Shown piece by piece: positions 12,592-22,915 of a stretch of 64,000 nt of DNA. Both the position numbers and the translations under genes were made by a program. How positions within the stretch are numbered: the stretch's first letter is position 1; the number at the start of each line of letters is the position of its first letter. A model generated the notes under the pieces. It ran no database searches. It was not told the origin of the DNA and saw only the letters and a program-made list of their open reading frames with translations. Source of the stretch: an uncultured Mycoplasmatota bacterium (GTDB taxonomy: Bacteria > Bacillota_I > Bacilli_A > RF39 > UBA660); NCBI GenBank assembly GCA_948466395.1, contig CAOKAG010000002.1, positions 16,062 to 80,061 on the forward strand. Direction: 5' to 3'.

Positions 12592-13589
12592 AAATAAAAA
12601 AAATAGCGCTAGTAACCATCAGTATTTTATTATTAACAACAGGCTGTGGTAATAAAACTTACTTAAAAGAAGATAAAAACATTGTTACATTTGAAGAAAC
12701 AGGTCAAAGCCTTCAAAATAATATTCTTTGTAAACCAAGAGAACAAAAACTCTATGAACTCTATGAGAAGTATAATGATCAGTTATCCATAAAATTAGAG
12801 GATCTTCCTTCATGTGAAACATTTAAACCTAGTGATATAAAATACAAAAGCTTATGGGAATCGATTTTTGTGAAGCCCTTAGCATATATTATATTAAAAT
12901 TAGGACTGTTAATAAAAAACTTTGGTGTATCTGTGATGTTAATAGGAATTGGAATTCGATTAATTTTGTTACCCTTCTCTAAAAAGACCATGGATCAATC
13001 TGAAAACATGAAAAAAGCAGCCCCAGAAATACAAAAAATTGAAAAGAAATACGCCAACCGTACTGACTCTGACGCTATGATGATGAAAAGTCAAGAAACC
13101 ATGTTAATCTATAAAAAATATAAAATTAATCCCGTTTCAGGATGTTTACTTGCATTTATTCAATTACCACTATTCTTTGCTTTTCTTCAAGCAATCAACC
13201 GTGTTCCTGCAATTTTCGAAGATAGCTTATTAGGTATGAAACTGGGTATGACGCCATGGGTAGGAATTAGTCAAGGCAAATACATTTATATTTTATTAAT
13301 TATCTTAATAGTAGGAACAACTTATTTTTCATTTAAAAATTCTATGAAAAATCAAAACGTCAATAGTGCAATAGAAAGCCAAATGCGTTTTACTTTAATC
13401 TTTATGATTGTTATGATTTCAATTGCATCCTTTAGTTTACCTACAGCAATCGCTCTATATTGGGTAGTGACCAATGGATTTGTTGTTCTTCAAAATTTTA
13501 TCTTTAAAAAAATAAATGAGAAAAAAACAGATTTAATTAAACCAGTAAAAAGTAAAGATAAAAAGGAAAATAAGAAAAGAGGTAAATAA
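12588..13589 (+). CDS. yidC: membrane protein insertase YidC/SpoIIIJ (lipoprotein form)
   Basis: The start MKIKKIALVTISILLLTTGCGNK gives a lipobox. The 60-kDa insertase core TM helices follow and the C-terminus is basic. The start was chosen at the ATG after GAGGAG and overlaps the rnpA stop (ATGA). Confidence 0.9.
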   Translation: MKIKKIALVTISILLLTTGCGNKTYLKEDKNIVTFEETGQSLQNNILCKPREQKLYELYEKYNDQLSIKLEDLPSCETFKPSDIKYKSLWESIFVKPLAYIILKLGLLIKNFGVSVMLIGIGIRLILLPFSKKTMDQSENMKKAAPEIQKIEKKYANRTDSDAMMMKSQETMLIYKKYKINPVSGCLLAFIQLPLFFAFLQAINRVPAIFEDSLLGMKLGMTPWVGISQGKYIYILLIILIVGTTYFSFKNSMKNQNVNSAIESQMRFTLIFMIVMISIASFSLPTAIALYWVVTNGFVVLQNFIFKKINEKKTDLIKPVKSKDKKENKKRGK

Positions 13590-13591
13590 AA

Positions 13592-14200
13592 ATGAATGAA
13601 GTAGTCTTAGAAGCTAAATCAAAACAAGAAGCCTTACTAAAAGTAATGAAAGCATTAAACGCTAATGAAGAAGAAATTATTTATAACATTACTGAAGAAA
13701 AAGGAAGCCTATTTAAATCAACAACTTACCGTATTAAAGCAACAACACTTGTGAATTGCGTAGAATTGATAAAAAAATTCCTCTCTCAAGTAATTACTAA
13801 TTTAGGAATCGATGTCAATTTTGAATCCAACATTCGTGATAAAGCAATTAATATAAATATATATACAGATAAAAGTGGTTTGTTAATTGGAAAAAATGGC
13901 GAAACGTTAAGAGCTCTAGAAATATTAGCAAAACAAAAAATCAATCAAGAATACAATTGCTTTATTAAACTAAATTTAGATATAGAAAATTACAAATTAA
14001 AAAGAATAGAAAATTTAGAACGATTAGCAAAAAAGACTGCTCGTGAAGTGAGAAGTAGTAAAGTAGAAGCAACATTAGAAAATATGAACTCTTTTGAAAG
14101 AAGAATCATTCATAATGTTCTAACAGACTTTAAAGGAATTAAAACTTTGAGCGAAGGAGAAGAACCCAATCGCCATGTAATAATTAAACCTACTGATTAA
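13592..14200 (+). CDS. jag: RNA-binding protein KhpB (Jag/EloR; Jag_N-KH-R3H)
   Basis: It sits in the conserved yidC-jag position. A KH-like segment (IGKNGETLRALE) and a C-terminal R3H-like segment are present. Confidence 0.85.
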   Translation: MNEVVLEAKSKQEALLKVMKALNANEEEIIYNITEEKGSLFKSTTYRIKATTLVNCVELIKKFLSQVITNLGIDVNFESNIRDKAININIYTDKSGLLIGKNGETLRALEILAKQKINQEYNCFIKLNLDIENYKLKRIENLERLAKKTAREVRSSKVEATLENMNSFERRIIHNVLTDFKGIKTLSEGEEPNRHVIIKPTD

Positions 14201-14364
14201 GTAGGTTTTTATAATAAAAGACAATTAAGAGGATTCAAGATTAAGTATTTTAAAACGTAGAATAAAAAACAGTGTCAAGATTGTTTTTTTCTTTTTATAA
14301 AAAGAAAAATGATAGACTAAAAAGCCTCAATTTGATACAATACACGAGAAAAGAAGTGATAAAA

Positions 14365-15714
14365 ATGGAGGAGACCATAGCGGCAATCTCCACGTCAGTT
14401 GGAACAGGTGCCATTTCAATTGTCCGATTAAGTGGAAAAGAAGCTTTAATGATTGTTAATAAACTCTTTAAAGGTCCAGATTTAACGAAAGTTGACTCTC
14501 ATACCATTCATTATGGTTTTATAAAAGAAAATGAAGAATTAATAGATGAAGTATTGGTAAGCATTATGTTGGCTCCAAAAACGTATACGACTGAAGATGT
14601 CGTTGAAATAAATTGTCATGGTGGCATCGCGACAACAAATAAAATTTTAGAATTACTATTAAAAAATGGAGCTCGCTTAGCTGAGCCTGGAGAATTTACG
14701 AAAAGAGCTTTTTTAAATGGTCGAATTGATTTAATTGAAGCTGAATCCGTCAGCGATTTAATTATGTCAAAAAGTGACAAGCAACGTACTTTGGCGTTAA
14801 ACGGTGTCAATGGTAGATTAGGTACGATAGTAAAAAAAATAAGAGAAACACTTTTAAATCTTATAGCGAATATAGCTGTAAACATTGACTACCCAGAATA
14901 TGAAGACGCAATAGAAGTCACACAAGACTACTTAAATAAAGAATTAGCTAAAATAAAAAATGATTTAGAAATTTTATTAAAAAACGCTAGCATTGGAGAA
15001 ATCATTCGTAATGGAATAGATGTAGCCTTAGTAGGAAGACCTAATGTAGGAAAAAGTAGTATTCTAAATGCTTTATTAAATGAAGAAAAAGCCATTGTTA
15101 CCGATATATCAGGTACAACTAGAGATGTCATCGAAGGAAAAATGAACTTAAATGGAATCCAAATTAATTTAATAGACACGGCTGGAATTAGAGAAACAAA
15201 AGATTTTGTCGAAAAAATTGGAGTAGATAAAAGTAAAGAAATAATTGAAAAATCGGATTTAGTAATTTTAGTTTTAAATAATAATGAAAAATTAAATGCC
15301 AACGATTTAGAATTATTAGAAAAAGTAAAAGAAAGAACGCATATTCTATTTATTAATAAAAACGATTTAGAATCGAACATTAATCTTCCTGAAGATGCAA
15401 CCGTTGTATATGGAAACACCATGACTTTAGATGGAATGGAAGCATTGAAAGAAAAAATAATAGAAATGTATCAATTAGATCAAATTGCTTTAAAAGATTT
15501 AACTTATTTATCCAATGCTCGACAAATAGATTTGGTCTCAAAATCCCTTAACCATCTTAAAGAAGCATTACTAGACATAGAAAAGAATATTCCAGTCGAC
15601 ATGATAGAAATCCATTTAAGAAATGCTTTTGATAATTTAGGAAAACTCATTGGAGAATGTTATGAAGATGAATTGATTGATAAACTTTTTAAAAATTTTT
15701 GCTTAGGAAAGTAG
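14365..15714 (+). CDS. mnmE: tRNA modification GTPase MnmE
   Basis: The G-domain has GRPNVGKSS, DTAGIR and NKND, and the protein ends with a C-terminal CxGK. The start was chosen at MEETIAAIST. Confidence 0.93.
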   Translation: MEETIAAISTSVGTGAISIVRLSGKEALMIVNKLFKGPDLTKVDSHTIHYGFIKENEELIDEVLVSIMLAPKTYTTEDVVEINCHGGIATTNKILELLLKNGARLAEPGEFTKRAFLNGRIDLIEAESVSDLIMSKSDKQRTLALNGVNGRLGTIVKKIRETLLNLIANIAVNIDYPEYEDAIEVTQDYLNKELAKIKNDLEILLKNASIGEIIRNGIDVALVGRPNVGKSSILNALLNEEKAIVTDISGTTRDVIEGKMNLNGIQINLIDTAGIRETKDFVEKIGVDKSKEIIEKSDLVILVLNNNEKLNANDLELLEKVKERTHILFINKNDLESNINLPEDATVVYGNTMTLDGMEALKEKIIEMYQLDQIALKDLTYLSNARQIDLVSKSLNHLKEALLDIEKNIPVDMIEIHLRNAFDNLGKLIGECYEDELIDKLFKNFCLGK

Positions 15715-15722
15715 GAATAAAA

Positions 15723-16226
15723 ATGATTGAAAAAGCTCAAAAGAACGATATAAAAGAAATCCTAGCCATTATCGGTGAATCAAAATTAGAAATGGATGAA
15801 AACAATAACCCTCAATGGAGTGAAGAAAATTATCCAGAATGTAAAATCCCAAATGATATTGAAAAAGGAAACTTATTTGTTTATAAAGAAAAAAATAAAA
15901 TTAAAGGATTGATTGTTATTGAAAAAGATACAAGAGAATACGATGACCTCATTGAAAATAGTAAAGAAGAGGCTTTTATTCTTCATCGTTTAGCTATAAA
16001 AAAATCTTGTCAAAATCAAGGTTTAGCGACCTGCCTCTTTCAATTCGCTGAACAAAAAGCTAAAAAAGAAAAGATTAAAGTTTTAAAAGCGGATACTGAA
16101 AAAAGGAATTTAAAAATGAATCACTTTTTTAAAAAATTAAATTATAAAGAAAAAGGAACCTTTACATATGAGGATTACCCTGGAACTTATATTTATTATG
16201 AAAAAGAAATAGGTGAAGAAAAATGA
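15723..16226 (+). CDS. GNAT family N-acetyltransferase
   Basis: HRLAIKKSCQNQGLATCL is an acetyl-CoA binding Q/RxxGxG/A-like motif. The gene is inserted between mnmE and mnmG. Confidence 0.7.
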   Translation: MIEKAQKNDIKEILAIIGESKLEMDENNNPQWSEENYPECKIPNDIEKGNLFVYKEKNKIKGLIVIEKDTREYDDLIENSKEEAFILHRLAIKKSCQNQGLATCLFQFAEQKAKKEKIKVLKADTEKRNLKMNHFFKKLNYKEKGTFTYEDYPGTYIYYEKEIGEEK

Positions 16227-18088
16227 AATACGATTGTATAGTGGTTGGAGGAGGACATGCTGGTTGTGAAGCGGCACATATGACCGCTTTCATGGGAAAA
16301 AAAACGCTTTTAATTACCATGAACACAAACAATATTGCAGACATGCCTTGTAATCCTTCGATTGGCGGAACGGCTAAGGGTGTGATTGTAAGAGATATTG
16401 ATGCTTTGGGAGGACTAATGGGGAGAATAGCAGATCGATCTCACTTTCAAATGAAAATGTTAAACAGTAAAAAAGGACCTGCTGTAAGATGTCTTCGCTG
16501 TCAAGCTGATAAAATCACGTATCCTAAAAACATGCTCCATGCTTTAAAAAGTACGCCTAACCTTGAAATCAAAGAAGGTATGGTAGAAGATTTATTAACC
16601 GAAAAAAATAAAATAAAAGGTGTGATTTTATCCGATCAGGAAAAAATAGAAGGTAAAACTTTAATATTAACCACGGGAACCTACTTAAAAAGTAATATTT
16701 TAAGAGGCGATAAAAACATAGAAGGTGGTCCTCATGGTGAAGCGAGAAGTAACTTTTTAAGTGACAATTTAAAGCGATTAGGTTTTACGATTCAAAGACT
16801 AAAAACAGGAACGCCACCGAGAATCAAAACCAGTTCCATTGATTTTTCAAAAATGCAAGAAGAACATGGAGACGAGCGACCTTACTCTTTTTCTCATGAC
16901 ATTGATCCTATTTATAATCCAAACGAACAACAAAAATGTTATCTCCTATATACAAATGAAACCACTCATAAACTGATTTTAGATAATTTAGACAAATCAA
17001 GTATGTATGGGGGGTACGTCACAGGTATCGGTCCAAGATATTGCCCATCCATTGAAGATAAAATCGTCCGTTTCAATGATAAAGAAAGACATCAACTTTT
17101 TTTAGAACCAGAAAGTCTTTCTTATGATGAATGGTATTTACAAGGTTTTTCAACCAGTATGCCTGAGGAAATACAAGAAAAAATGGTTCATAGTTTAAGT
17201 GGTTTAGAAAACGCTAAAATCACAAAGTACGCCTATGCAATAGAATACGACGCCATTGATCCACTAGAATTAAAACCCTCATTAGAAACAAAAATTATTG
17301 AAAATCTTTTTACAGCAGGACAAATAAATGGAACCAGTGGTTATGAAGAAGCCGCGGGACAAGGATTAATAGCAGGAATCAACGCAGTACAAAAATTAAG
17401 AGAACAAGAACCTCTAATATTAAAAAGAAATGAATCTTATCTAGGTGTACTAATTGATGACTTAGTCACAAAAGGAACCAAAGAACCTTACCGTATGTTG
17501 ACCTCCAGAGCAGAATATCGATTAGTCCTTCGTCATGATAACGCCTTACTTCGTTTAAGAAAATATGGTTATAACTTAGGAACCATCACCGAAGAAATGT
17601 GGACCACGTATCAAAAAGTAGAAAAAGAAATAAAAGCTTTCAACGTTTATTTAAAAGAAACAAAATTAGAAATAAATGAAGATGTCAAAAAGGAATTTGA
17701 AGCACATCACTTCTCCATTCCTTTAAATAAAACCACTTTATTTGATTTATTAAAACGGCCTGAAATAACCTTAGACTTTTTGTCTCGTTTTCTTTCCTTT
17801 CCCTTTTCGAATGATATAAAAGAAATGGTAAGTATAGAAATAAAATATGAAGGGTACATCAAAAAAACAGAAAAAGAAATTGAAAAAATGCTAAAAGTAG
17901 AAGAAAAACAAATACCTAAAGATATCGATTACCAAAATGTAAAAAATTTAGCCAGTGAAGCTCGTCAAAAATTAGAAATCGTTCGTCCAATAACCTTAGC
18001 TCAAGCTTCAAGAATTAGTGGAGTCAATCCAAGTGATCTTTCTATATTAGCGATTTATTTGAAGAAAGAATATGGTAAAAATGAATAA
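16223..18088 (+). CDS. mnmG: tRNA uridine 5-carboxymethylaminomethyl modification enzyme MnmG (GidA)
   Basis: The FAD-binding motif is VVGGGHAGCEAA. The product is 621 aa and is followed by rsmG. Confidence 0.95.
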   Translation: MKYDCIVVGGGHAGCEAAHMTAFMGKKTLLITMNTNNIADMPCNPSIGGTAKGVIVRDIDALGGLMGRIADRSHFQMKMLNSKKGPAVRCLRCQADKITYPKNMLHALKSTPNLEIKEGMVEDLLTEKNKIKGVILSDQEKIEGKTLILTTGTYLKSNILRGDKNIEGGPHGEARSNFLSDNLKRLGFTIQRLKTGTPPRIKTSSIDFSKMQEEHGDERPYSFSHDIDPIYNPNEQQKCYLLYTNETTHKLILDNLDKSSMYGGYVTGIGPRYCPSIEDKIVRFNDKERHQLFLEPESLSYDEWYLQGFSTSMPEEIQEKMVHSLSGLENAKITKYAYAIEYDAIDPLELKPSLETKIIENLFTAGQINGTSGYEEAAGQGLIAGINAVQKLREQEPLILKRNESYLGVLIDDLVTKGTKEPYRMLTSRAEYRLVLRHDNALLRLRKYGYNLGTITEEMWTTYQKVEKEIKAFNVYLKETKLEINEDVKKEFEAHHFSIPLNKTTLFDLLKRPEITLDFLSRFLSFPFSNDIKEMVSIEIKYEGYIKKTEKEIEKMLKVEEKQIPKDIDYQNVKNLASEARQKLEIVRPITLAQASRISGVNPSDLSILAIYLKKEYGKNE

Positions 18089-18794
18089 AGAAGAATTGGT
18101 AGAAGAATTAAAAAAAATAGAAATTGAAATAAATGAAACCCAACAGAAACAATTAGACGTCTACGCTGATTTTTTAATAGAATACAATAAACAAACAAAC
18201 TTAACCGCTATCAAAGAAAAAAAAGACATATATTTAAAACATTTTTACGATTCACTTGTATTAAATCGTTACATTAAATCAAATCAAAAAATATTAGATA
18301 TAGGCACAGGTGCGGGCTTTCCAGGGTGTGTTTTAGCTTTATTCAATCCAGAAACACAGTTTATTTTATTAGATTCTAATAACAAAAAAATTAAATTTTT
18401 AGAAGAATTAATTCAAAAACTTAATTTAAAAAATGTAGAATTAATTCAAGCTCGTGCAGAAGATTATGTCAAAAATAATTTAGAAAAATTTGATTTGGTT
18501 ACTTCTCGTGCCGTGGCGGAGTTAAGAATCCTATCAGAACTTTCTCTTCCCGCTTTAAAAATAGGAGGATTATTTCTTCCACTTAAGGCTAATATAACGG
18601 AAGAACTTGAAGCTTCCAAAGAAACCATCGAAATTTTAGGAGGGCATTTAGAGACCGTAGATAAATATCTTTTACCTTTTGAAAAAAGTCAAAGAAGCAT
18701 TTTAATTATAAAACATATTAAGGAGTCCTCTCCTATCTACCCACGCTCTTACGATAAAATTCTAAAAAAACCATTGAAAAATAGTTACAAATAG
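18072..18794 (+). CDS. rsmG: 16S rRNA (guanine527-N7)-methyltransferase RsmG (GidB)
   Basis: The SAM-binding motif is DIGTGAGFPG. It is in the conserved position after mnmG. Confidence 0.9.
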   Translation: MVKMNKEELVEELKKIEIEINETQQKQLDVYADFLIEYNKQTNLTAIKEKKDIYLKHFYDSLVLNRYIKSNQKILDIGTGAGFPGCVLALFNPETQFILLDSNNKKIKFLEELIQKLNLKNVELIQARAEDYVKNNLEKFDLVTSRAVAELRILSELSLPALKIGGLFLPLKANITEELEASKETIEILGGHLETVDKYLLPFEKSQRSILIIKHIKESSPIYPRSYDKILKKPLKNSYK

Positions 18795-18831
18795 GTTATA
18801 TTATAAGTAAGATAAAAGGGGCTGAATAAGC

Positions 18832-20397
18832 ATGAATATGAATAAGACTATTCTAGAAATACCATTAAAAGATATTATACCGAATCGTCATCAACCAAGA
18901 ATAAATTTTGACGAAGAAGGATTAAGTGAACTAACAGATTCAATAAAACAATTTGGGATTATTCAACCCCTTGTTGTAAGAAAACAAGACGATAAATATG
19001 AAATTGTTGCTGGAGAGAGACGCTATAAAGCGGCCTTATTAGCAGGTCTTCAAACCGTCCCAGTCATTGTATCAAAAATCAATGAAGATGAAACAGCAGA
19101 GTTAGCCTTGACTGAGAATATTCAAAGAAAAAATCTTTCAGTCATCGAAGAAGCAAAGTCTTTAAAAAATCTTTTAGATCGTGGTTACTTAACACAAGAA
19201 CAATTAGCTACTAAAATGGGGCTATCTCAAATGGCCATTGCCAATAAATTAAAATTATTAGAACTAGATGAAGAAGTACAAGAAGCTTTATTAAATGCAA
19301 AAATTTCAGAACGTCATGCAAAATCTTTGTTAGACTTAGATAAAGAAGAACAAAAAAAATGGTTACAAAAAATTATTACTGAACGATTAAATGTTCGTGA
19401 TTTAGAATTTGAATTAAAAAAAGTAAAAAATAAAGATAATCTAGAAGAAGATTTAATTCCTATAGTAAATATAAATCCAAATATAGAAAATATATTAAAC
19501 AATGCCGAGGATATAACTGTTAATCGTGAACCACATGATGTGGCTAGTTTTTTAATTCCTGAAGGAGGAAAACAAGAAGAACACAAAACAACATTCATTA
19601 TTCCTGAACCACCAGAAAAAATACCAAATAAATTTTTTAATTTTTTGGAAGATGAAGAAGCAAATATGAATGTTCCAGATCCAGAAGAAATAAAAAATAT
19701 TTTTGAAAAAGAAACAGCGCCGATAGCAACACCAATTGAAATTTTAGAAGACGAAATAAATGTAAGTGAGGTAAACAATATGAATGATTATTCTGTAAGT
19801 AATTTCGAAATTGGGGAATCTGCAACTCCTGTAAATAACGAACCATTTATAGAACCATCAAAATTTGTTATTGAAAAGGAAGAGTTACAAAATGAAGTTA
19901 CACCGCCAGTAGAAGAAAACAATTTGACCGTTCCATTAATAGAAGAACTCATTCCAACTATGAATGAACAGCCAAGTATTTTAAATGAACCAACTTTGAT
20001 AAATAGTGATGAAGAAACTGAATTAGAAAAATTTGAAAATCCGGAAGAAAATACAAATAATGCCGAAGAGGTATTATCACCTTTTAAATCCATCTTTTTT
20101 AATAACGAAGACAATGAAATGGATTCTTCAAAACCAGTATCAGAGTTTCCTACTAATCAAATTGAAGAAATTGTTCCAATTTTAGAAGAACCATTAGTCG
20201 ATCCTTTAGATAGCATTGTTACGCTTGAACCAGACTACGCAGCAAAACAAGAAGAATTAGCAGGAACCGATTTAAAGACTGCAATAAATAAGGTAAGAGC
20301 GACAATTAGTGACCTAGAACTAAGTGGCTTTAATATTGAATTAGAAGAAGCCGATTTAGAAGATCAATATTACTTTAATATAAAAATAATAAAATAA
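18832..20397 (+). CDS. ParB/Spo0J/Noc-like nucleoid protein with a ~300-aa acidic low-complexity C-terminal tail
   Basis: The N-terminal 200 aa include IVAGERRYKAA (ParB box II), an HTH (LTQEQLATKMGLSQMAIANKLKLL) and ITERHAK, closely matching Noc/Spo0J. The remainder is E/P/N-rich and disordered. No parA/soj is adjacent. Confidence 0.8.
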   Translation: MNMNKTILEIPLKDIIPNRHQPRINFDEEGLSELTDSIKQFGIIQPLVVRKQDDKYEIVAGERRYKAALLAGLQTVPVIVSKINEDETAELALTENIQRKNLSVIEEAKSLKNLLDRGYLTQEQLATKMGLSQMAIANKLKLLELDEEVQEALLNAKISERHAKSLLDLDKEEQKKWLQKIITERLNVRDLEFELKKVKNKDNLEEDLIPIVNINPNIENILNNAEDITVNREPHDVASFLIPEGGKQEEHKTTFIIPEPPEKIPNKFFNFLEDEEANMNVPDPEEIKNIFEKETAPIATPIEILEDEINVSEVNNMNDYSVSNFEIGESATPVNNEPFIEPSKFVIEKEELQNEVTPPVEENNLTVPLIEELIPTMNEQPSILNEPTLINSDEETELEKFENPEENTNNAEEVLSPFKSIFFNNEDNEMDSSKPVSEFPTNQIEEIVPILEEPLVDPLDSIVTLEPDYAAKQEELAGTDLKTAINKVRATISDLELSGFNIELEEADLEDQYYFNIKIIK

Positions 20398-20432
20398 ACA
20401 AACAAAAAAATAGGAGCAAAATCCTATATTTT

Positions 20433-22367
20433 TTATTCCTCTTTTTTATCAACTTGAATTCTTTCCCCTTCACTTCCCTTAACATAATAAAACATGGCTG
20501 CTTGTCCATTAGTAGCTTTGGCTCCACTTACGGGTTCTTGTAAAACACTGACAACATTTTGAGGTTTATCATACCAACTACTCTCTTTATCAGATAAGTA
20601 GTCTTCCATCGTATTTACCCAAATAGTTTTACTCCACCTACTCGAATCACTATTCACTTCTTTTGCATCATCATAACCTAGCCAAATAAGCATCAAAGCC
20701 TCTTTATTATAACCAACCGTCCAATAATCGGTATTGGTGGTTCCTGTTTTTAATGCGTATTTACGACTCATCTTATTAGCAATACTTAAAGCGGTTGGAG
20801 ACGTATAACTTAAAAATTTACTATTACTGGTATTCGTTAACATTTCATTTAGAATATAAACATAATTATAATTAAGAACCATTTTTTTATTATCCTTATG
20901 TTCATATAAAACATTCCCATGTAAATCCTCTACTTTCGTAATAAAGTAATTATCAAGTTGATAGCCACCATTCGCTAACGTGGTATAACCGTTAGCAAAA
21001 TCAAGCATATTCAGTTCACTTGTTCCTAATGCTAAACTTGGATTCGCTACCACTTCGCCTTTAATTCCCATTTTTTTAGCAGTCTCCACTAATGTATTTT
21101 CGCCTAAAAATAAATGGGTTTTTACCGCATAAACATTATCAGAATAAGCTAAGGCTGCAGACATGGTAATTTCTTTATTGGCGTACACATCATTATAATT
21201 TGAAGGGCTATAAATTTTATTATTAGAAAATACAAAATTAGTAGGTTCACTTACAAAAGTAGAAGAACTTGTCAGACCATTTTCTAAAGCCGAATAATAT
21301 AAAAAAGGTTTCATCGTACTTCCTACTTGCCTTTTAGAACTGATTGCTCGATTATACTGGCTTTTTGCGTAATCCATTCCTCCAACTAAAGCTCTAACTT
21401 TCCCACTTTCGGGTTCAATAAGAACGCTAGCGACTTGCATATTTTCATCTTTAACATTTTCTAAAATTTCTTTTTCTAACTTTTCTTGTGCTTTCAAATC
21501 CAAATTCGTATACACTTTTAAACTTCCTGAATCTAAAAGAGAGGTAGGAATTCCCTTTAAAGTTTCTAATTCTTTTAAAACCGCATCTTGATAATACATA
21601 ATCATTTGTAAATTATTAACATCTCTTTTTCCATAAATTGGGATAGGCTCTTTAAAAAGAGTATTATAAGTGGCTTCATCAATTTTTTCGTTATTAAGCA
21701 TAGTTAAAGCAACCACTTTTGCTCTTTTTATACATTCATCATAATGCGTAACAGGATTATATTTAGAAGGATTTTTAGGAATACCTGCAAGCATGATGGC
21801 TTCTTCCAAACTTAAATCTTTTGTATCTTTATTAAAATAATACTTACTGGCATTTAAAATACCATAATTTCCCGCTCCAAAATTGATTGTATTTAAATAA
21901 CCTTCTAGTATTTCGTCTTTACTATAATGAACCTCTAACTCTAATGTTAAAAAAGCTTCCTCCGCTTTTCGTTTCCAAGTTTGGTCAAAATCTAAATACA
22001 TATTTTTAATATACTGTTGACTAATTGTCGAAGCTCCTTGAACAACTCTTTTATTCTTAATGTTCAATAACATCGCTTTGGCAATTCTTAAATAATCAAA
22101 TCCTTGATGTTTATAAAAATTTTTATCTTCAACACTAATCACCGCATCTAAAACATGCTCACTAATGTTTTCAAGATTGACCCATTCACTACTTCCACTT
22201 CCTTGATAAACCAATCCCCCGTCTTTATCATAAATATACATTTGACCAATATTCGTAAGTTCTAATTTGGGGCTAAAATAGGCATAGGTATAGAGTCCAA
22301 CAAGAACAATAACAAAAGATATAAATAAAAATACCATTGATTTAAATAAGAAACGTAACTTTTTCAT
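20433..22367 (-). CDS. class A penicillin-binding protein (glycosyltransferase GT51 + transpeptidase)
   Basis: The glycosyltransferase motifs are EDKNFYKHQGFD and GASTISQQ. The transpeptidase motifs are STMKP (SxxK), YSDN (SxN) and KTGTT (KTG). The start was chosen at MKKLRF, preceded by GGTGA, ahead of the N-terminal TM helix. Confidence 0.9.
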   Translation of the reverse strand: MKKLRFLFKSMVFLFISFVIVLVGLYTYAYFSPKLELTNIGQMYIYDKDGGLVYQGSGSSEWVNLENISEHVLDAVISVEDKNFYKHQGFDYLRIAKAMLLNIKNKRVVQGASTISQQYIKNMYLDFDQTWKRKAEEAFLTLELEVHYSKDEILEGYLNTINFGAGNYGILNASKYYFNKDTKDLSLEEAIMLAGIPKNPSKYNPVTHYDECIKRAKVVALTMLNNEKIDEATYNTLFKEPIPIYGKRDVNNLQMIMYYQDAVLKELETLKGIPTSLLDSGSLKVYTNLDLKAQEKLEKEILENVKDENMQVASVLIEPESGKVRALVGGMDYAKSQYNRAISSKRQVGSTMKPFLYYSALENGLTSSSTFVSEPTNFVFSNNKIYSPSNYNDVYANKEITMSAALAYSDNVYAVKTHLFLGENTLVETAKKMGIKGEVVANPSLALGTSELNMLDFANGYTTLANGGYQLDNYFITKVEDLHGNVLYEHKDNKKMVLNYNYVYILNEMLTNTSNSKFLSYTSPTALSIANKMSRKYALKTGTTNTDYWTVGYNKEALMLIWLGYDDAKEVNSDSSRWSKTIWVNTMEDYLSDKESSWYDKPQNVVSVLQEPVSGAKATNGQAAMFYYVKGSEGERIQVDKKEE

Positions 22368-22494
22368 AAAGTTTTCACCATTTGTAGTTTGGAAAATTAT
22401 TCTAAAAATATAATAAGAAGTTGTAATTTTAAAGTTATTATGCTTTACAACCAACTAAATAGGGTTGTTTAAAATGAAAAAGAATAAAAATATT

Positions 22495-22540
22495 GAAAAT
22501 AGAATTAGTAAAGTCAAAAAAGAATGCAAACGCTAATGAA
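22495..22540. repeat. 46-bp direct repeat copy A (GAAAATAGAATTAGTAAAGTCAAAAAAGAATGCAAACGCTAATGAAAG)
   Basis: It is about 96% identical to the copy at 23437-23483, which lies 940 bp away. Confidence 0.6.
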
Positions 22541-22810
22541 AGATGATAGAAAATATAAATAATTAGTAACATTTTTACTTTTTGTTATACTAGCCAACAC
22601 GATTTAATTTTCATTATGAGTTTTGCATTTATTATGAAATTTTATTAGTAATACGGAATTTTGAAAAATAAATCTAGAGTACAAGCCCCGAATTTTTGTT
22701 ACGGGGGAGTTTACAAGTAAAATTTTTCTTGAATTTATAAAAAAATATGATAATATATAAATTAAGTAAGCCTTAGATTTTAATGCCTACTTATGTTTTT
22801 TGTTCGGCAT

Positions 22811-22915
22811 TCACCGGATATTACTATTAATAATAACAGTAATGTTCAGGGGTGCCATTTTTTTGTTCTTTAATAAATAAAAAAATTTTAAAAGTAAAAT
22901 TACCAGTTGAACCAT
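22811..22915 (-). CDS. putative small hydrophobic peptide (34 aa, MVQLVILLLKFFYLLKNKKMAPLNITVIINSNIR)
   Basis: A perfect AAGGAGG Shine-Dalgarno lies 7 nt upstream of the ATG. One predicted TM helix is followed by KNKK. Two hairpins follow the stop (ATGCC..GGCAT and CCCCG..CGGGG). Confidence 0.3.
   Translation of the reverse strand: MVQLVILLLKFFYLLKNKKMAPLNITVIINSNIR

Noticed and set aside
12811-12830. Extra half-copy of the palindrome (CATGTGAAACATTT) inside yidC
   Set aside because: It is only a 9-bp half-site within coding sequence encoding SCETFK, and is most likely coincidental.
19314-20114. Minus-strand ORFs 19314-19778, 19637-19846 and 19788-20114
   Set aside because: They are mirror images of the GAA/GAT-rich acidic tail of the ParB-like gene and are serine/phenylalanine repeats without start context.
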